A DNA stretch of 64,000 nucleotides. Origin: a virus. Shown here piece after piece: positions 29,826 through 40,100 of this stretch; the stretch's first letter is position 1, and each line of letters starts with the position of its first letter. The translations under genes and the position numbers were made by a program. Below the pieces are notes generated by a model. It searched no databases. It had not been told where the DNA came from and saw only the letters and a program-made list of their open reading frames with translations. The stretch lies in IMG/VR virus record IMGVR_UViG_3300033047_000025, positions 2,648-66,647 of that record; one strand, 5' to 3'.

Positions 29826-31262
29826 ATGGCAGACTCACTAATAGAGCTAGGACACTTCGGAGGATGGGCCAACAAGGGAATCGTCGATAGCGTTTCATCT
29901 GCTGTGTCATGGGGTGACCCAATGGCCAGGAATGTAGAGATAACACCTACTGACGATACCACGGCTGGATTCGTGTACCTAAAGCTTCCAGACGAGGCAC
30001 GTGTTACTGTTGGCGCAGAGTACAATATCTTCGTTTACAACAATATGTATTCGGGGATCGCAGTAGGCCCGACTGCGATGACATGCCATGTTAATGGAGC
30101 ACTCCTGAACTACTCGTCAGACTTCCAGTCATCTGGCTTCGAGATTGGAATGACCGTTACGGTCTCGGGGTTCCCATCACCAGGAAACAACAGCGATAGG
30201 GTCATAGCATCGTTCGTTCCTCAGGGGCCAACCGGAGAAGCCATGGTGTTTACCAGTAGCTCTGGGATGGTGTCTGAGGCCGGAGACGGCGATGAGTTAG
30301 TGGTGCTGATCAACACAAACTCGACGACTAAGGCCAAACTGCAGATCCAGGACTATGGAGGGACCAACATCACCCGCCCAGACACGAGTAACTTGCTGAT
30401 CGACCCAAGCATACCGGGGCAGGGAGAGATGATAACCATGGTATACGATGGGTCAAACTGGGTGATCAGTGGCCCCTACATGTCCGGGTCACCTGACAAG
30501 ACGGCCGAGTACACCAAGCCCACTAACGACGGATCGTACCCGACATCCGGTATCGTGATCGACTTGTATCAGGATGTGGCAAACCTGGTCGCTGCAAATA
30601 TTGCTTCATCGAACGGTTACAATGGCACGGACGGATACAGAATAGTGCTTCGATGCCACAATATGACTATAGGCTCTTCGTCCAAGAATGCATTTGCGTT
30701 CAGCACAGGTATAGGATGGGGACTAAACTGCAGCGTTCACCTGGAGCTGATCAATTCTACAGTATCAGGTTTCGGAGGCTTCGGAGGGTCCACTGCTGCT
30801 GGCGGGGTGGAGGTCGCTCCCGGTGACGGCGGAGGTGCTCTGGCTGCCTTCATTCCATTGCTAGTCATCGCTGACGATACCTCTAGGATAACTGCTGGGG
30901 GAGGTGGAGGACCAACTAACGCACTCCAGTATGGTGGCGGAGGAGGCAACGGCGGGAACATGACGTCAGGAGGGGCGTTAGTAGGCAGTGTAGGTGGGTC
31001 AGGGGACCCAGGAGTGGTAGGTGGCTATAACGGCTCTGAAGGCGGTATAGTAGATGGGGGGCTATCAGGCGGCGCTCTCGCATTCAACGGTGCTAACTGG
31101 GGGGGGGGAGTAACTGGTGGTTCCTTCTCTTCATACGGAGGATGGCTTGCGGCGTCGCAGGGGGAAACTCCAATAACATGGTCGGTAACGCCAGGATTCA
31201 GGTGGGGTAAGAATGGGACCGCGACAACCCTCCCCGCCCTACCAGAGACGGTGAGTTTCTAA
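29826..31262 (+). CDS. tail tip/adhesin-like protein with Gly-rich C-terminus
   Basis: SGFGGFGG...GDGGGAL...ITAGGGGG pattern, reminiscent of T-even gp38. Confidence 0.7.
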   Translation: MADSLIELGHFGGWANKGIVDSVSSAVSWGDPMARNVEITPTDDTTAGFVYLKLPDEARVTVGAEYNIFVYNNMYSGIAVGPTAMTCHVNGALLNYSSDFQSSGFEIGMTVTVSGFPSPGNNSDRVIASFVPQGPTGEAMVFTSSSGMVSEAGDGDELVVLINTNSTTKAKLQIQDYGGTNITRPDTSNLLIDPSIPGQGEMITMVYDGSNWVISGPYMSGSPDKTAEYTKPTNDGSYPTSGIVIDLYQDVANLVAANIASSNGYNGTDGYRIVLRCHNMTIGSSSKNAFAFSTGIGWGLNCSVHLELINSTVSGFGGFGGSTAAGGVEVAPGDGGGALAAFIPLLVIADDTSRITAGGGGGPTNALQYGGGGGNGGNMTSGGALVGSVGGSGDPGVVGGYNGSEGGIVDGGLSGGALAFNGANWGGGVTGGSFSSYGGWLAASQGETPITWSVTPGFRWGKNGTATTLPALPETVSF

Positions 31263-32209
31263 TGGCGCTCAGAGGGAACCACTTTCTCGGGGAAGCTCAG
31301 ATAGAGCGACTGAGGCCTCGTGTCACGTTCCGACTGGCATCCCTATGGAAGATAGCTCGAAAGGACGGTAAGACCATTCGTCTGGCGACCACGGACAAGG
31401 ACGTATACTTCCAGGGGGAGTGGTTTCTTGCATCCGGCCCGTCATCGTCCGACCTTGAGCAAGGCGAGGCTGCAGCGGAGTCGGACTTCGAGGTCTCGGG
31501 GATTTTAGACCACAAGAACATACTGGTGACCGACCTATACGCCGGAAAGTACGACAAAGCAAATATCGATCACTGGGTTATCGATCTGGAACGGCCATGG
31601 GTTTGGTTCCGGCACCACAAATGGTGGATCAAGCAAGTCATTTCCTTCAACGGTATGTTCAAGGCGGAGGTCGTAGGTGTCGAGAAGTTTCTAACCATCC
31701 CGATTGGTCGTCGATACGAGAAGGATTGCGACAAGGTTCTCGGTTCATTGGAGTGCGGAGCAGAGATCGTATCGTTTACAGGGACGATATTGAGCGTTCC
31801 GACTAACACACCAAGTGGGTTGATCGTATCGAGCACTAGGGACACAGTCGCATTCACGATATATCAGGCATCAGGCCTACCACTGGTTACGGCCACTGGT
31901 CTGGACCCTACGTGGAGCTTTGGCAACGTAGAGTTCAAGGATGGAGCAAACGCTGGCGTAACTAGGGAGATAGGGTTCGCTAACAGGATCGGAAACACGA
32001 TGTCGGTAGTCCTATCCCACGGGGCACCATTCAATATGGTTGTAGGGGACACCGTCAAGGTAAGTGGAGGTTGTGACGGAACCAAGGCTACATGCACTGT
32101 CACCTTCGACAACCTGATAAACTTCGGTGGTCAATTCAACATGCCAAACACATCATCACTTTACGAGTCACCCGAGCAGGTCGATTCGGAAGCGTTCACC
32201 AGTCCATGA
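31262..32209 (+). CDS. GTA-like baseplate hub (DUF2163/BR0599-like)
   Basis: WKIARKDG, CDKVLGSLECG and GCDGTKATC...FDNLINFGG motifs. Confidence 0.9.
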   Translation: MALRGNHFLGEAQIERLRPRVTFRLASLWKIARKDGKTIRLATTDKDVYFQGEWFLASGPSSSDLEQGEAAAESDFEVSGILDHKNILVTDLYAGKYDKANIDHWVIDLERPWVWFRHHKWWIKQVISFNGMFKAEVVGVEKFLTIPIGRRYEKDCDKVLGSLECGAEIVSFTGTILSVPTNTPSGLIVSSTRDTVAFTIYQASGLPLVTATGLDPTWSFGNVEFKDGANAGVTREIGFANRIGNTMSVVLSHGAPFNMVVGDTVKVSGGCDGTKATCTVTFDNLINFGGQFNMPNTSSLYESPEQVDSEAFTSP

Positions 32210-32622
32210 TTCTTGGAGCTGAGATAGCCAAGCAGGCAGAGACCCTTATCGGTAGTAGGTGGCAGAGAAATGGTAGAGGCCCCATCGGTTACGACTGCTC
32301 TGGACTTGTCGTGTGCTCAGCTAGGAACGCAGGCCTCGAAATAGAGGACTGTAGCAACTATGATGTTAGGTGCGTACCGGACGGCCTCATAGAGGATTTC
32401 TGCGCTAGGAATGGAACTATAGGATCACCTGTAGAAAGATCGCCAGGAACCGTGTTCCTCATGAAGGCGGACGGCTCAGTAGGTGTTAGCCACATGGGCA
32501 TCATCTCTACATACGATCGTGTGATTCACATGGACGCATCGAAACACAGGGTTGTTGCTGAAAGCTTTGCTTGGCTTGAGTCAAGATGTGCTATGACAAT
32601 GAAGCTCCATGGGGTCTTGTAA
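32206..32622 (+). CDS. NlpC/P60 tail-associated peptidase
   Basis: GYDCSGLV, SHMGI and IH catalytic motifs; ATGA overlap at 32206. Confidence 0.9.
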   Translation: MILGAEIAKQAETLIGSRWQRNGRGPIGYDCSGLVVCSARNAGLEIEDCSNYDVRCVPDGLIEDFCARNGTIGSPVERSPGTVFLMKADGSVGVSHMGIISTYDRVIHMDASKHRVVAESFAWLESRCAMTMKLHGVL

Positions 32623-35600
32623 ATGGCATCCCTGGTCATATCTGGAACAAGCGCATACCTTACCGCAGCCTACCCATCTGCTACCGTGGCTATCAACATC
32701 GCTTCTGCTGTGGCTGCCACTGCTGCCTACGCATATATCGATCAGCCGTACATAATCCCCGCCCTGTTCGGTGAGGAGTCAGGAACAAAAGACCAGAATA
32801 GGGTAGGGAATCTAAAGCTACCAACAACGAACCCTGGTGAACCTAGGTATAGGGTGTATGGGCGAGAGGCATATGTCCCTGGTCACTTTCTATGGATCAA
32901 GAACCAAAAAGTCCTCACCACAACGTCTGGAGGAGGTAGCGGGAAAGGTGCCACAGCTCTAAGTTCTGTGTCCGAGAGGTTCGCTGATATCGGTATAGCC
33001 GTGTGCGATGGACCGATCATGAACATCGTCTCGGCAATGTCTAACCGATCCGTGTTCTACGGGGAGAGATCCGTTTCAGGTTCGGTTTTCTCGGACCCTA
33101 GAATCGCTATGGCTAGCTCGTACTACTCAGAGTACTACGGGACAAGGGCCGATAACTGGGACCTTCCCACCGTCCTGGCTTGGGGTAACGAGCCGAGGAA
33201 GAACATCCTAAGAGTTGAGATAAACCCATCATTCGGTGTGACCGAATTGATGTCAGACCACTTTGACGCAGGCGACGTGGTAGAGTTGTTTAATGTAGGT
33301 GAGGGAGACCAGAGGTTTCAGTCGTCTGTCGGCGGCGGCGGGTTGCGTGAAGGCATCTACGCGGTATTATTCCTTGGCAAGGATCAGAATGCTGCATTCG
33401 TAGACTACATGGAGCTACTCCCCCTGGCCGGACAGAATGTTTATGGCCTACCTGGAGGAATCCTGAGGGAAGACACAGAGATTGATCCTGTAGTTATAAA
33501 GCGTGTAGACGAATGTGTGTGTGGGTATACCGTCTCTTTCAATAATCCGTTTCCGTTATATCTGCCAGGAATAAGCACTTTTAATTTCAAGAGAAACGGT
33601 ATATCTTCTGTTATTACTACCTTAACGGACTATGAGATATATGCTACCCCATTCGGCTCTAGCGGTCCGAGGCCAGAGATACTGTTCAGCATAGAGGTGT
33701 GCGGATCCCACGGTGGCTACCAGGAGATCCCCGTAAACATTAACCTTAATAGGTTTGATGCCGTTCTCAGTAGGCCATTCACAAAAATGGGCAGGGGCAG
33801 GCTTAGGCAAGGAAATAACTACGAGCTTCAAGGGTTCTGCAACGTAGCAGGACTCAGGTCATTGCAAAGCATAACTGCTAGACTGGACAGAGTGCTAGAT
33901 ATGCCACCAGGTTCCGGTGGTGACCTCTTAATCCAGTCTCCTCGTTTTAACAATACATATACTAACCCTGGTAAGAGATACGTCCTTGAGTTTAGGTGCT
34001 ATCAGGACGAGATGCAGTCGATAATTGACGAGCTTGCCACAGGTGGCTCTGCGACTGTCGGGACAAAGCTGTATCCCGGTAACGGTCAGTTCAACCCATA
34101 CAAGATAGACCCACTAGCGTCCGTACCGACACTGCCCTCAAACGTGAATGCTGGGTCTCTGGCCGACCTTTCAGTAAGCGGGGCACCAGTGACTGATACA
34201 TCACTTGCTGGTGTTATAGTGACATCAGGTGACCCATATGGGCTAAGTGCTACCCCTCTACGACGAGGAGGAGCATCCCCGAGCGAAAGAGGTGGACTTG
34301 GCGACGTTGGTTTCTGTATCTTGCCTATCCGGCAGGGGAACTTTACGTATAGGACATCACTCACTGGCCCAAACATCGGTCCACAGTCATCTGAGTTTAA
34401 CAACGGATCCTCGACTCAGCAACCAATAACAAACTCTGAAGGTATATCCTACAGGGGTCTAGCTCACGTTTCTTTCACAGACTTGAATCTATACCAGTTT
34501 GGGAATGCAATCCCACAGGCATCGTTCAAGGTTAGGGAGTCAGAATACCGTAGCGTAGGAGACATAGTCACCAGTATGATCGAGGAGTCGGCCCCATTCG
34601 GGTCCGTCCTACCTGGTTTCTCGACATCTCTCCCCTCATACGGATACTCAGTTGCAGGGGGAACTCCTACTAAGCAAGCCATCCAACCTCTTGCGGTAGC
34701 ATACGGGTTCTCCATGCAGGAACGAGCTGGCAAGCTTGCTATGTTGCAAGACTCTGAGCTGCCGATAATTGATGTCCCGCCTACGAAACTCAACGCTAGA
34801 GAGTATGGTGGCTCAGAAGGACTCATGAAGGGTCTGCAAATATCCCAGATAGACTCAGATGACCTTCCTCAACGTGTAGTCGTAAAATACCTAGCGGTAG
34901 GATCAGGAAACGAGGAGGCTAGAGCAGCCGGGATACGATCTCCAGGGTCGTTAAAATCAGGAGAACGAGACACTATCGAGTATAACTTGCGACCTCTAGT
35001 GATGACCAACGGTTATGCAAAAACCAGGGCGCAGCAGCTACTCAACAAGTCTAGGACTGAGTCCTCTACGAGCAGCACAGTACTGCCCCCATCTCGAATG
35101 GATGTTCTTCCTGGAACTGTAATATCAACAGGTAGTAACAACGACGCTGCGACTGCTCCAAGCACATCTACAGAAACGCTGATAGGTCTGTCGGATAGTA
35201 AAGGTGACGTGATCCCAGGGAGCGTATCTGTCAATCTAAGGCTTCTAAAGGTGACCGGAACGTTCTCTGGCGGTAACTACGCAGAAGAGATACTGTCTGT
35301 GAGGCTGGTCGATGACGGCGATGGCTTACTCATAGGGTTACCGAATGGAATCACTTTCACGTCGAATGTTGATTACACGTCATCAGGGCAGTGGCTTATT
35401 ACTACTGTTACTACATCTGGAGTTACAATCATTGATCCTTCCATGGTCGAGATTAGGTATCAGTACTTCACCACCAGGACTTTCAGGGCCACCAAGGCAA
35501 CTCTTAGCGGTTACGATTTCACGGTAGCTACGCCACTCGTTTCCACCCTACACGACCATACGTTTCCTTCTTACCAGCACAACATCACATTCGAACTGCC

Positions 35601-36726
35601 ACCTTACCAGGAGGGTGGCGGTCAGAATGCGTTTATCCGTCCATCCGATGATCCATCCGTAAATGGCCCATGGGGGGACCAGCCAGAGATCGGCATCGCG
35701 CTGGTGGCCCCTACCAGTGGTGGAGCGACTATTTACGAGTCCGAAGATGGAGTCTCAGACTGGACCGAGCTGGGCCAGATTTTCGGAAGCGCCAGAAACT
35801 TCACTATCGACTCTATCTCGACACTGCAAACCACTTTCTCTCACCTTCCGAGGTGGGAGACCAGTAGCACTGTTGAGTCATGGGTTGACTACGGTCTCAC
35901 CATAGTTATCAGCGGTGTTGATTGGCCACCAGCTAACAGCGGAACAGTGACCGTCCGACAGGTGGTCGAGGGACATAACAACTTCCTCGTGAACGGCGAG
36001 GTCATTGGGGCCACGACAGTCCTTGACGCGGCGCCTATAACCATCCTGCAGGGCATTATTCGCGGCCTGCGGGGAACCAGGTATGCAGCCGGACGCCATG
36101 CTGTCGGAGACGAAGTTGTCCACCTTCCTAGGGACGACAATCCAGGGATCGGTCACTTTAGCCCTGCGGCAGGACACGCTGGCACGGCCTCATCACGCTT
36201 CTTGAGGGCCGTTGTCCCAGGGAGCACCCTTTCCCTGGCTCCGACTCAGACCGTCGTCACAAGAGGCACAAGAGCGCTCCCTGGAGCGCCACTGATTGAT
36301 GGGTACAGCCTAACACTCATCGCCGCTACCGATGCAGTTTCGCCAGAAGCCATACTGTTCAAATGGGGACGACCACCGACTGCCCCTACGCCAATATTCG
36401 GGCTCGATCCTCTGCCCTCGACCTACAACGAGCAGTATGAGGTCTACGCATTCCAGGTTACTGACATCGACAGCACGCTGACCGGGCTAGCGCTAGACAA
36501 AGACATCATAGACAAGTCTTTTGCAGTCTGGAACGTCGGCAGTCAGAACACTGGATCCACAGTGATGATAGATCGGGAGATCGTCTATACACGATCTGAA
36601 CAACTGTCTGACGGATTCGTTCGCGGAAGCGAGATATCTATGATGTGTTTTGCCGTGTCACCTTCAGGTAGAGGACCTAGATGCTATCCTAGATTCGACG
36701 AAGCATTCGTCACAGTCCCATCGTAG
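32623..36726 (+). CDS. central tail tip / host-specificity protein (GTA megatron-like)
   Basis: 1367 aa; RVYGR, YRGLAHVSF.DLNL..FGN.IP and IRGLRGT...H.VGD motifs. Confidence 0.88.
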   Translation: MASLVISGTSAYLTAAYPSATVAINIASAVAATAAYAYIDQPYIIPALFGEESGTKDQNRVGNLKLPTTNPGEPRYRVYGREAYVPGHFLWIKNQKVLTTTSGGGSGKGATALSSVSERFADIGIAVCDGPIMNIVSAMSNRSVFYGERSVSGSVFSDPRIAMASSYYSEYYGTRADNWDLPTVLAWGNEPRKNILRVEINPSFGVTELMSDHFDAGDVVELFNVGEGDQRFQSSVGGGGLREGIYAVLFLGKDQNAAFVDYMELLPLAGQNVYGLPGGILREDTEIDPVVIKRVDECVCGYTVSFNNPFPLYLPGISTFNFKRNGISSVITTLTDYEIYATPFGSSGPRPEILFSIEVCGSHGGYQEIPVNINLNRFDAVLSRPFTKMGRGRLRQGNNYELQGFCNVAGLRSLQSITARLDRVLDMPPGSGGDLLIQSPRFNNTYTNPGKRYVLEFRCYQDEMQSIIDELATGGSATVGTKLYPGNGQFNPYKIDPLASVPTLPSNVNAGSLADLSVSGAPVTDTSLAGVIVTSGDPYGLSATPLRRGGASPSERGGLGDVGFCILPIRQGNFTYRTSLTGPNIGPQSSEFNNGSSTQQPITNSEGISYRGLAHVSFTDLNLYQFGNAIPQASFKVRESEYRSVGDIVTSMIEESAPFGSVLPGFSTSLPSYGYSVAGGTPTKQAIQPLAVAYGFSMQERAGKLAMLQDSELPIIDVPPTKLNAREYGGSEGLMKGLQISQIDSDDLPQRVVVKYLAVGSGNEEARAAGIRSPGSLKSGERDTIEYNLRPLVMTNGYAKTRAQQLLNKSRTESSTSSTVLPPSRMDVLPGTVISTGSNNDAATAPSTSTETLIGLSDSKGDVIPGSVSVNLRLLKVTGTFSGGNYAEEILSVRLVDDGDGLLIGLPNGITFTSNVDYTSSGQWLITTVTTSGVTIIDPSMVEIRYQYFTTRTFRATKATLSGYDFTVATPLVSTLHDHTFPSYQHNITFELPPYQEGGGQNAFIRPSDDPSVNGPWGDQPEIGIALVAPTSGGATIYESEDGVSDWTELGQIFGSARNFTIDSISTLQTTFSHLPRWETSSTVESWVDYGLTIVISGVDWPPANSGTVTVRQVVEGHNNFLVNGEVIGATTVLDAAPITILQGIIRGLRGTRYAAGRHAVGDEVVHLPRDDNPGIGHFSPAAGHAGTASSRFLRAVVPGSTLSLAPTQTVVTRGTRALPGAPLIDGYSLTLIAATDAVSPEAILFKWGRPPTAPTPIFGLDPLPSTYNEQYEVYAFQVTDIDSTLTGLALDKDIIDKSFAVWNVGSQNTGSTVMIDREIVYTRSEQLSDGFVRGSEISMMCFAVSPSGRGPRCYPRFDEAFVTVPS

Positions 36727-36768
36727 GGGTTAGCGCACCATTCCATCCCATAGAATACTATTCCCTGA

Positions 36769-37113
36769 ATGGCCGATCCAGCTCTAGGACTCCCTGAACT
36801 ACTACAGGGAGATCCGTCCGCATACCTGAACCAAAACAACCGTAACCTGGTTGTCGCTCGCCTCCTGGCCCCGGTTCTCAAGGTATCAGCTCGTCAGACT
36901 ACTGTCCCGACCGCAGACCGAGGTGACATGTTCCTGGTGGGGTCTGCTACATGGACGGCCACAGTCTGGCCGAACGCATCTACCGATGATATCGCGATCG
37001 CCCTTAGCGACAACCCTACCGCTGCCGAAGGGTGGTCTCTGATTACCCCCATTAAGGGGATGCGTGTCCATGACGGTACCAACGTGCTCAACTATCTGAC
37101 TAGCTGGACCTAG
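36769..37113 (+). CDS. DUF2793-like tail protein
   Basis: LGLPEL...N, GDMFLVG...W and GW...P.KGMR motifs. Confidence 0.75.
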   Translation: MADPALGLPELLQGDPSAYLNQNNRNLVVARLLAPVLKVSARQTTVPTADRGDMFLVGSATWTATVWPNASTDDIAIALSDNPTAAEGWSLITPIKGMRVHDGTNVLNYLTSWT

Positions 37114-37135
37114 TCAAAAACGACTCAAAAAAATC

Positions 37136-37582
37136 ATGGCTCAGGTTACAAACGCAATCGCTATCGTGCAGTGTAATGCTGCTGTTGACCCAATCGATGT
37201 AGGTACTGCAAACCTAAAAGGTATCCTACGATTCTACAGCGGGACTCCACCGATCAACCCAGATACGGCGCTCAGCGGTAACACTTTGCTGGCGGAATGC
37301 CTGTTTAGCGATCCAGCCTTCGGAGGTGCATCGGACCAGTCACCCGGAGCCATGGCGACGGCAAGCGCCATCGCAGACGACGCATCAGCCAACGCTGGTG
37401 GGGTGGCTACCTTCGCAAGAAGCTTCAGCAGGGACGATAATGTTGTAGGACAATACACCGTGGCCGGATCCACCGGCGGAGTTGCTGAGATCCTCATTAC
37501 TTCGTCGGATGCCAACGCTACGATCGTCATCAGTCTGCCAGTAAGTGTGTCGTCGTTCACTTACACTCAACCGGAAGCATAG
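37136..37582 (+). CDS. virion structural protein
   Basis: LRFYSGTPP.NPDTALSGNTLLA motif. Confidence 0.75.
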   Translation: MAQVTNAIAIVQCNAAVDPIDVGTANLKGILRFYSGTPPINPDTALSGNTLLAECLFSDPAFGGASDQSPGAMATASAIADDASANAGGVATFARSFSRDDNVVGQYTVAGSTGGVAEILITSSDANATIVISLPVSVSSFTYTQPEA

Positions 37583-37585
37583 TCC

Positions 37586-39091
37586 ATGGCGACCGGCGCA
37601 GCAATCGGCTTGATCGGTGTTGCTGCAGGTGTTGGCGAACAGGTCATATCAAACGCCACCGGCCTGATCGGCGTAGCTTCTGGCATCAGCAACCAGACCT
37701 TCACTGTAACGGTTGTGGCTACGGGGCTGCTTGCTGTTGTATCTGGTTCCGCCGGCAACAACATTGCCCAACCTGTAGGTCTACTTGCAACTGCATCTGT
37801 AGTTGCAACTCAAACACGTGAAGCTATTGCTGCTGTGACCGGACTACTGGGCGTTGCCGAAGCCAACCCATCTGTTGCCTACGCGAAGAACATACGTGTA
37901 GCCAGGGTCGTAGAGGACAATCGCGCAAAGCTGCTACCGGGTGACAGCGGGTCCACTAGGGAGATCAACTCATTCGCAATCAGGCCGCTAGAAAATACTG
38001 CATACGGAGAGATATCCGTTAATGAGAACGGCACCGTGTCTCTGGACGCGAATCTTACATCGATATCAGCACTGGGAACGACTGGTGACAGGATTGCCTA
38101 TACCACGGCGCCGGATACTTGGGCTGAGACCGCCCTAACGGTGTTCATGAGGACATTGCTAGACGACACCACGGGTGCCGCAGCACTGATAACGCTCAAC
38201 GCACAGCCTAATCACCCAGGACTAACATCGATAGCTAGCGTGTCCATGGGGACCAATAGCATACTGGTCGGATCGGGCACTGACGCCTACACCAAGGTGA
38301 CCATGTCGCCTTTCTTTCAGACGCTCGTAGGAGATACTACAGCCTCTTCCGCTCTATCGACTCTGGGCGGACAGACATCAAACGCTAATCTTACTGCACT
38401 GGCACTCGTCACCATCGCAACCGACGAGATGATCTATGGGCTGTCAGATAGTACGTGGCGGACGACTGCTCTGACTTCGGCGGCGCGCGAACTGCTTGAT
38501 GATGCGAGTGCAAGTGCGATGCGAACGACGCTTGGTCTCGGCACGATCGCATTGCTGAACAGCATCGCGAACTCGAACCTTGCGAACATGGCCAACGCGA
38601 CCGTCAAAGGTCGCACGTCTACCGGTAGCGGGGTTCCCGAAGATGTCACGATGACGCAGTTGCGCGCGATGCTCAAGCCCGTGTTGCGATGCCCGTTCCA
38701 TGCCTATGCAACCGGCACGGCGCAGCTAGGAACACATCCGTCAACCGCACAGTTCCTGCTAAACGCGAGCCAGAATATCCAGCTTGCCGATCTAGCGAAC
38801 TACTCGCAGTGCCGGATCTTCCACCGCACGATTACAAACAGTGCGAGCACAAACACGCCACGTCTGATCGCGAGGTACGTGACCAGCTACACGTCGACCG
38901 TCGCAAGCTGGCTTGACATTGGGACGTCTGAAGTATCTTCCAGCCTCGCGAGTTATGGCGTGCAAAACTCTGGATGGATGGACTTGGCTGCGGGCGCCAA
39001 GGCTGATGACGTCTACATTTCGATCATCCAAATTGGCGGCGACGGCACCGCGACTCCGCGCGTGGCAAGCGTCTTCATCGAGTTTAGGTAG
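37586..39091 (+). CDS. tail fibre protein
   Basis: Three roughly 56-aa repeats of the TALT..R.LLDD..A......L type; distinct C-terminal domain. Confidence 0.8.
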   Translation: MATGAAIGLIGVAAGVGEQVISNATGLIGVASGISNQTFTVTVVATGLLAVVSGSAGNNIAQPVGLLATASVVATQTREAIAAVTGLLGVAEANPSVAYAKNIRVARVVEDNRAKLLPGDSGSTREINSFAIRPLENTAYGEISVNENGTVSLDANLTSISALGTTGDRIAYTTAPDTWAETALTVFMRTLLDDTTGAAALITLNAQPNHPGLTSIASVSMGTNSILVGSGTDAYTKVTMSPFFQTLVGDTTASSALSTLGGQTSNANLTALALVTIATDEMIYGLSDSTWRTTALTSAARELLDDASASAMRTTLGLGTIALLNSIANSNLANMANATVKGRTSTGSGVPEDVTMTQLRAMLKPVLRCPFHAYATGTAQLGTHPSTAQFLLNASQNIQLADLANYSQCRIFHRTITNSASTNTPRLIARYVTSYTSTVASWLDIGTSEVSSSLASYGVQNSGWMDLAAGAKADDVYISIIQIGGDGTATPRVASVFIEFR

Positions 39092-39100
39092 GATAAAAAG

Positions 39101-39304
39101 ATGCAAGAACAATCTTGGAGGGAGTATAAGCTTCTAGTGATGTCCGAACTAAACAGGTTGGCAAGGTCAATCAATTCTATCGACAAGAAGCTTGACTCTA
39201 TTCGTGAAGACGTAATCGCGCTCAAAGTCAAGGCCGGAATCTGGGGCCTCGTCGGTGGTATCATACCGGCTACGGTCGCAATCATTGTTAGCAGAGGTAA
39301 TTAG
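39101..39304 (+). CDS. putative holin-like membrane protein
   Basis: Coiled coil plus one C-terminal TM helix, after the tail genes. Confidence 0.5.
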   Translation: MQEQSWREYKLLVMSELNRLARSINSIDKKLDSIREDVIALKVKAGIWGLVGGIIPATVAIIVSRGN

Positions 39305-39306
39305 TT

Positions 39307-39618
39307 ATGAGTAAGTGGATCAAATTGGCGGCGATTCTGACAGCATGTTCTCTGTTGGGGTCTTGTGCGGCTGCATCGCAGGCTACGCGAGACGTTCTTG
39401 ACAAACTGGTCAGCGATGGCGCTATGACCACCGTTACACGCGACGCGATCATGTCCTCAATGTCGAGCGGTTGGCAGGTGTTAGCTGACTACGCAATCAA
39501 CATTGTCGGAGGTGCAATCCTGGCCTACACTGGCATCACCATCCGACGGGGTGCCCCAGCCGTTGGGTCAGAACGCGAGGCTCGCAATGCAGCCAGGAAA
39601 GCATCGAAATCAGTCTAG
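39307..39618 (+). CDS. lipoprotein with internal TM segment (possible lysis/spanin function)
   Basis: Lipobox LLGSC, hydrophobic INIVGGAILAYTGI, basic tail. Confidence 0.55.
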   Translation: MSKWIKLAAILTACSLLGSCAAASQATRDVLDKLVSDGAMTTVTRDAIMSSMSSGWQVLADYAINIVGGAILAYTGITIRRGAPAVGSEREARNAARKASKSV

Positions 39619-40100
39619 ATAACCAACGTCAACTGGTCTTCGCTACGAAATATCCTGATCTTGCACCCTGTAGCGCCGTGCTTAGGGGCGTACCTCTTGT
39701 ACACGTGAAGGTCCTGAACTTGGCAGTCGTCAAACCACACTCTACCTGAGTCGGTCAGCGCGTCCATGACGGCCTTGGTCAGGTTGTCGATGTCCGGTGA
39801 TGCTACGTGTGATACGACTCCATCGGTATCCTTCTTGCGCATAAGCCTACCCGGCCTCTTGAGTAGGAAGGTTAGCTCAAGACTTAGAGGCCCACCGAGA
39901 GGACCTCTGGGACCAATCCTTAGGCCATCTACTGTGCTCATCTCCAGTACGCTATCTCTTACGGCTGTCTTCCAAGCTTCGGCGCTAGACGGCGTATAGA
40001 TACGGATGAATCCGCCTCGATTCGTAGCCCTCGGTCTAGGCTGAGGCTTTGGGTGACCGATGGCGAACCCACATACTAACTGGTCCTCGTTGCAGATCAC
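39615..40100 (-). CDS. rusA: RusA-family Holliday junction resolvase
   Basis: PKPQPRPR, PDIDNLTKAVMDAL and DDCQV motifs. Confidence 0.92.
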   Translation of the reverse strand: MICNEDQLVCGFAIGHPKPQPRPRATNRGGFIRIYTPSSAEAWKTAVRDSVLEMSTVDGLRIGPRGPLGGPLSLELTFLLKRPGRLMRKKDTDGVVSHVASPDIDNLTKAVMDALTDSGRVWFDDCQVQDLHVYKRYAPKHGATGCKIRIFRSEDQLTLVI

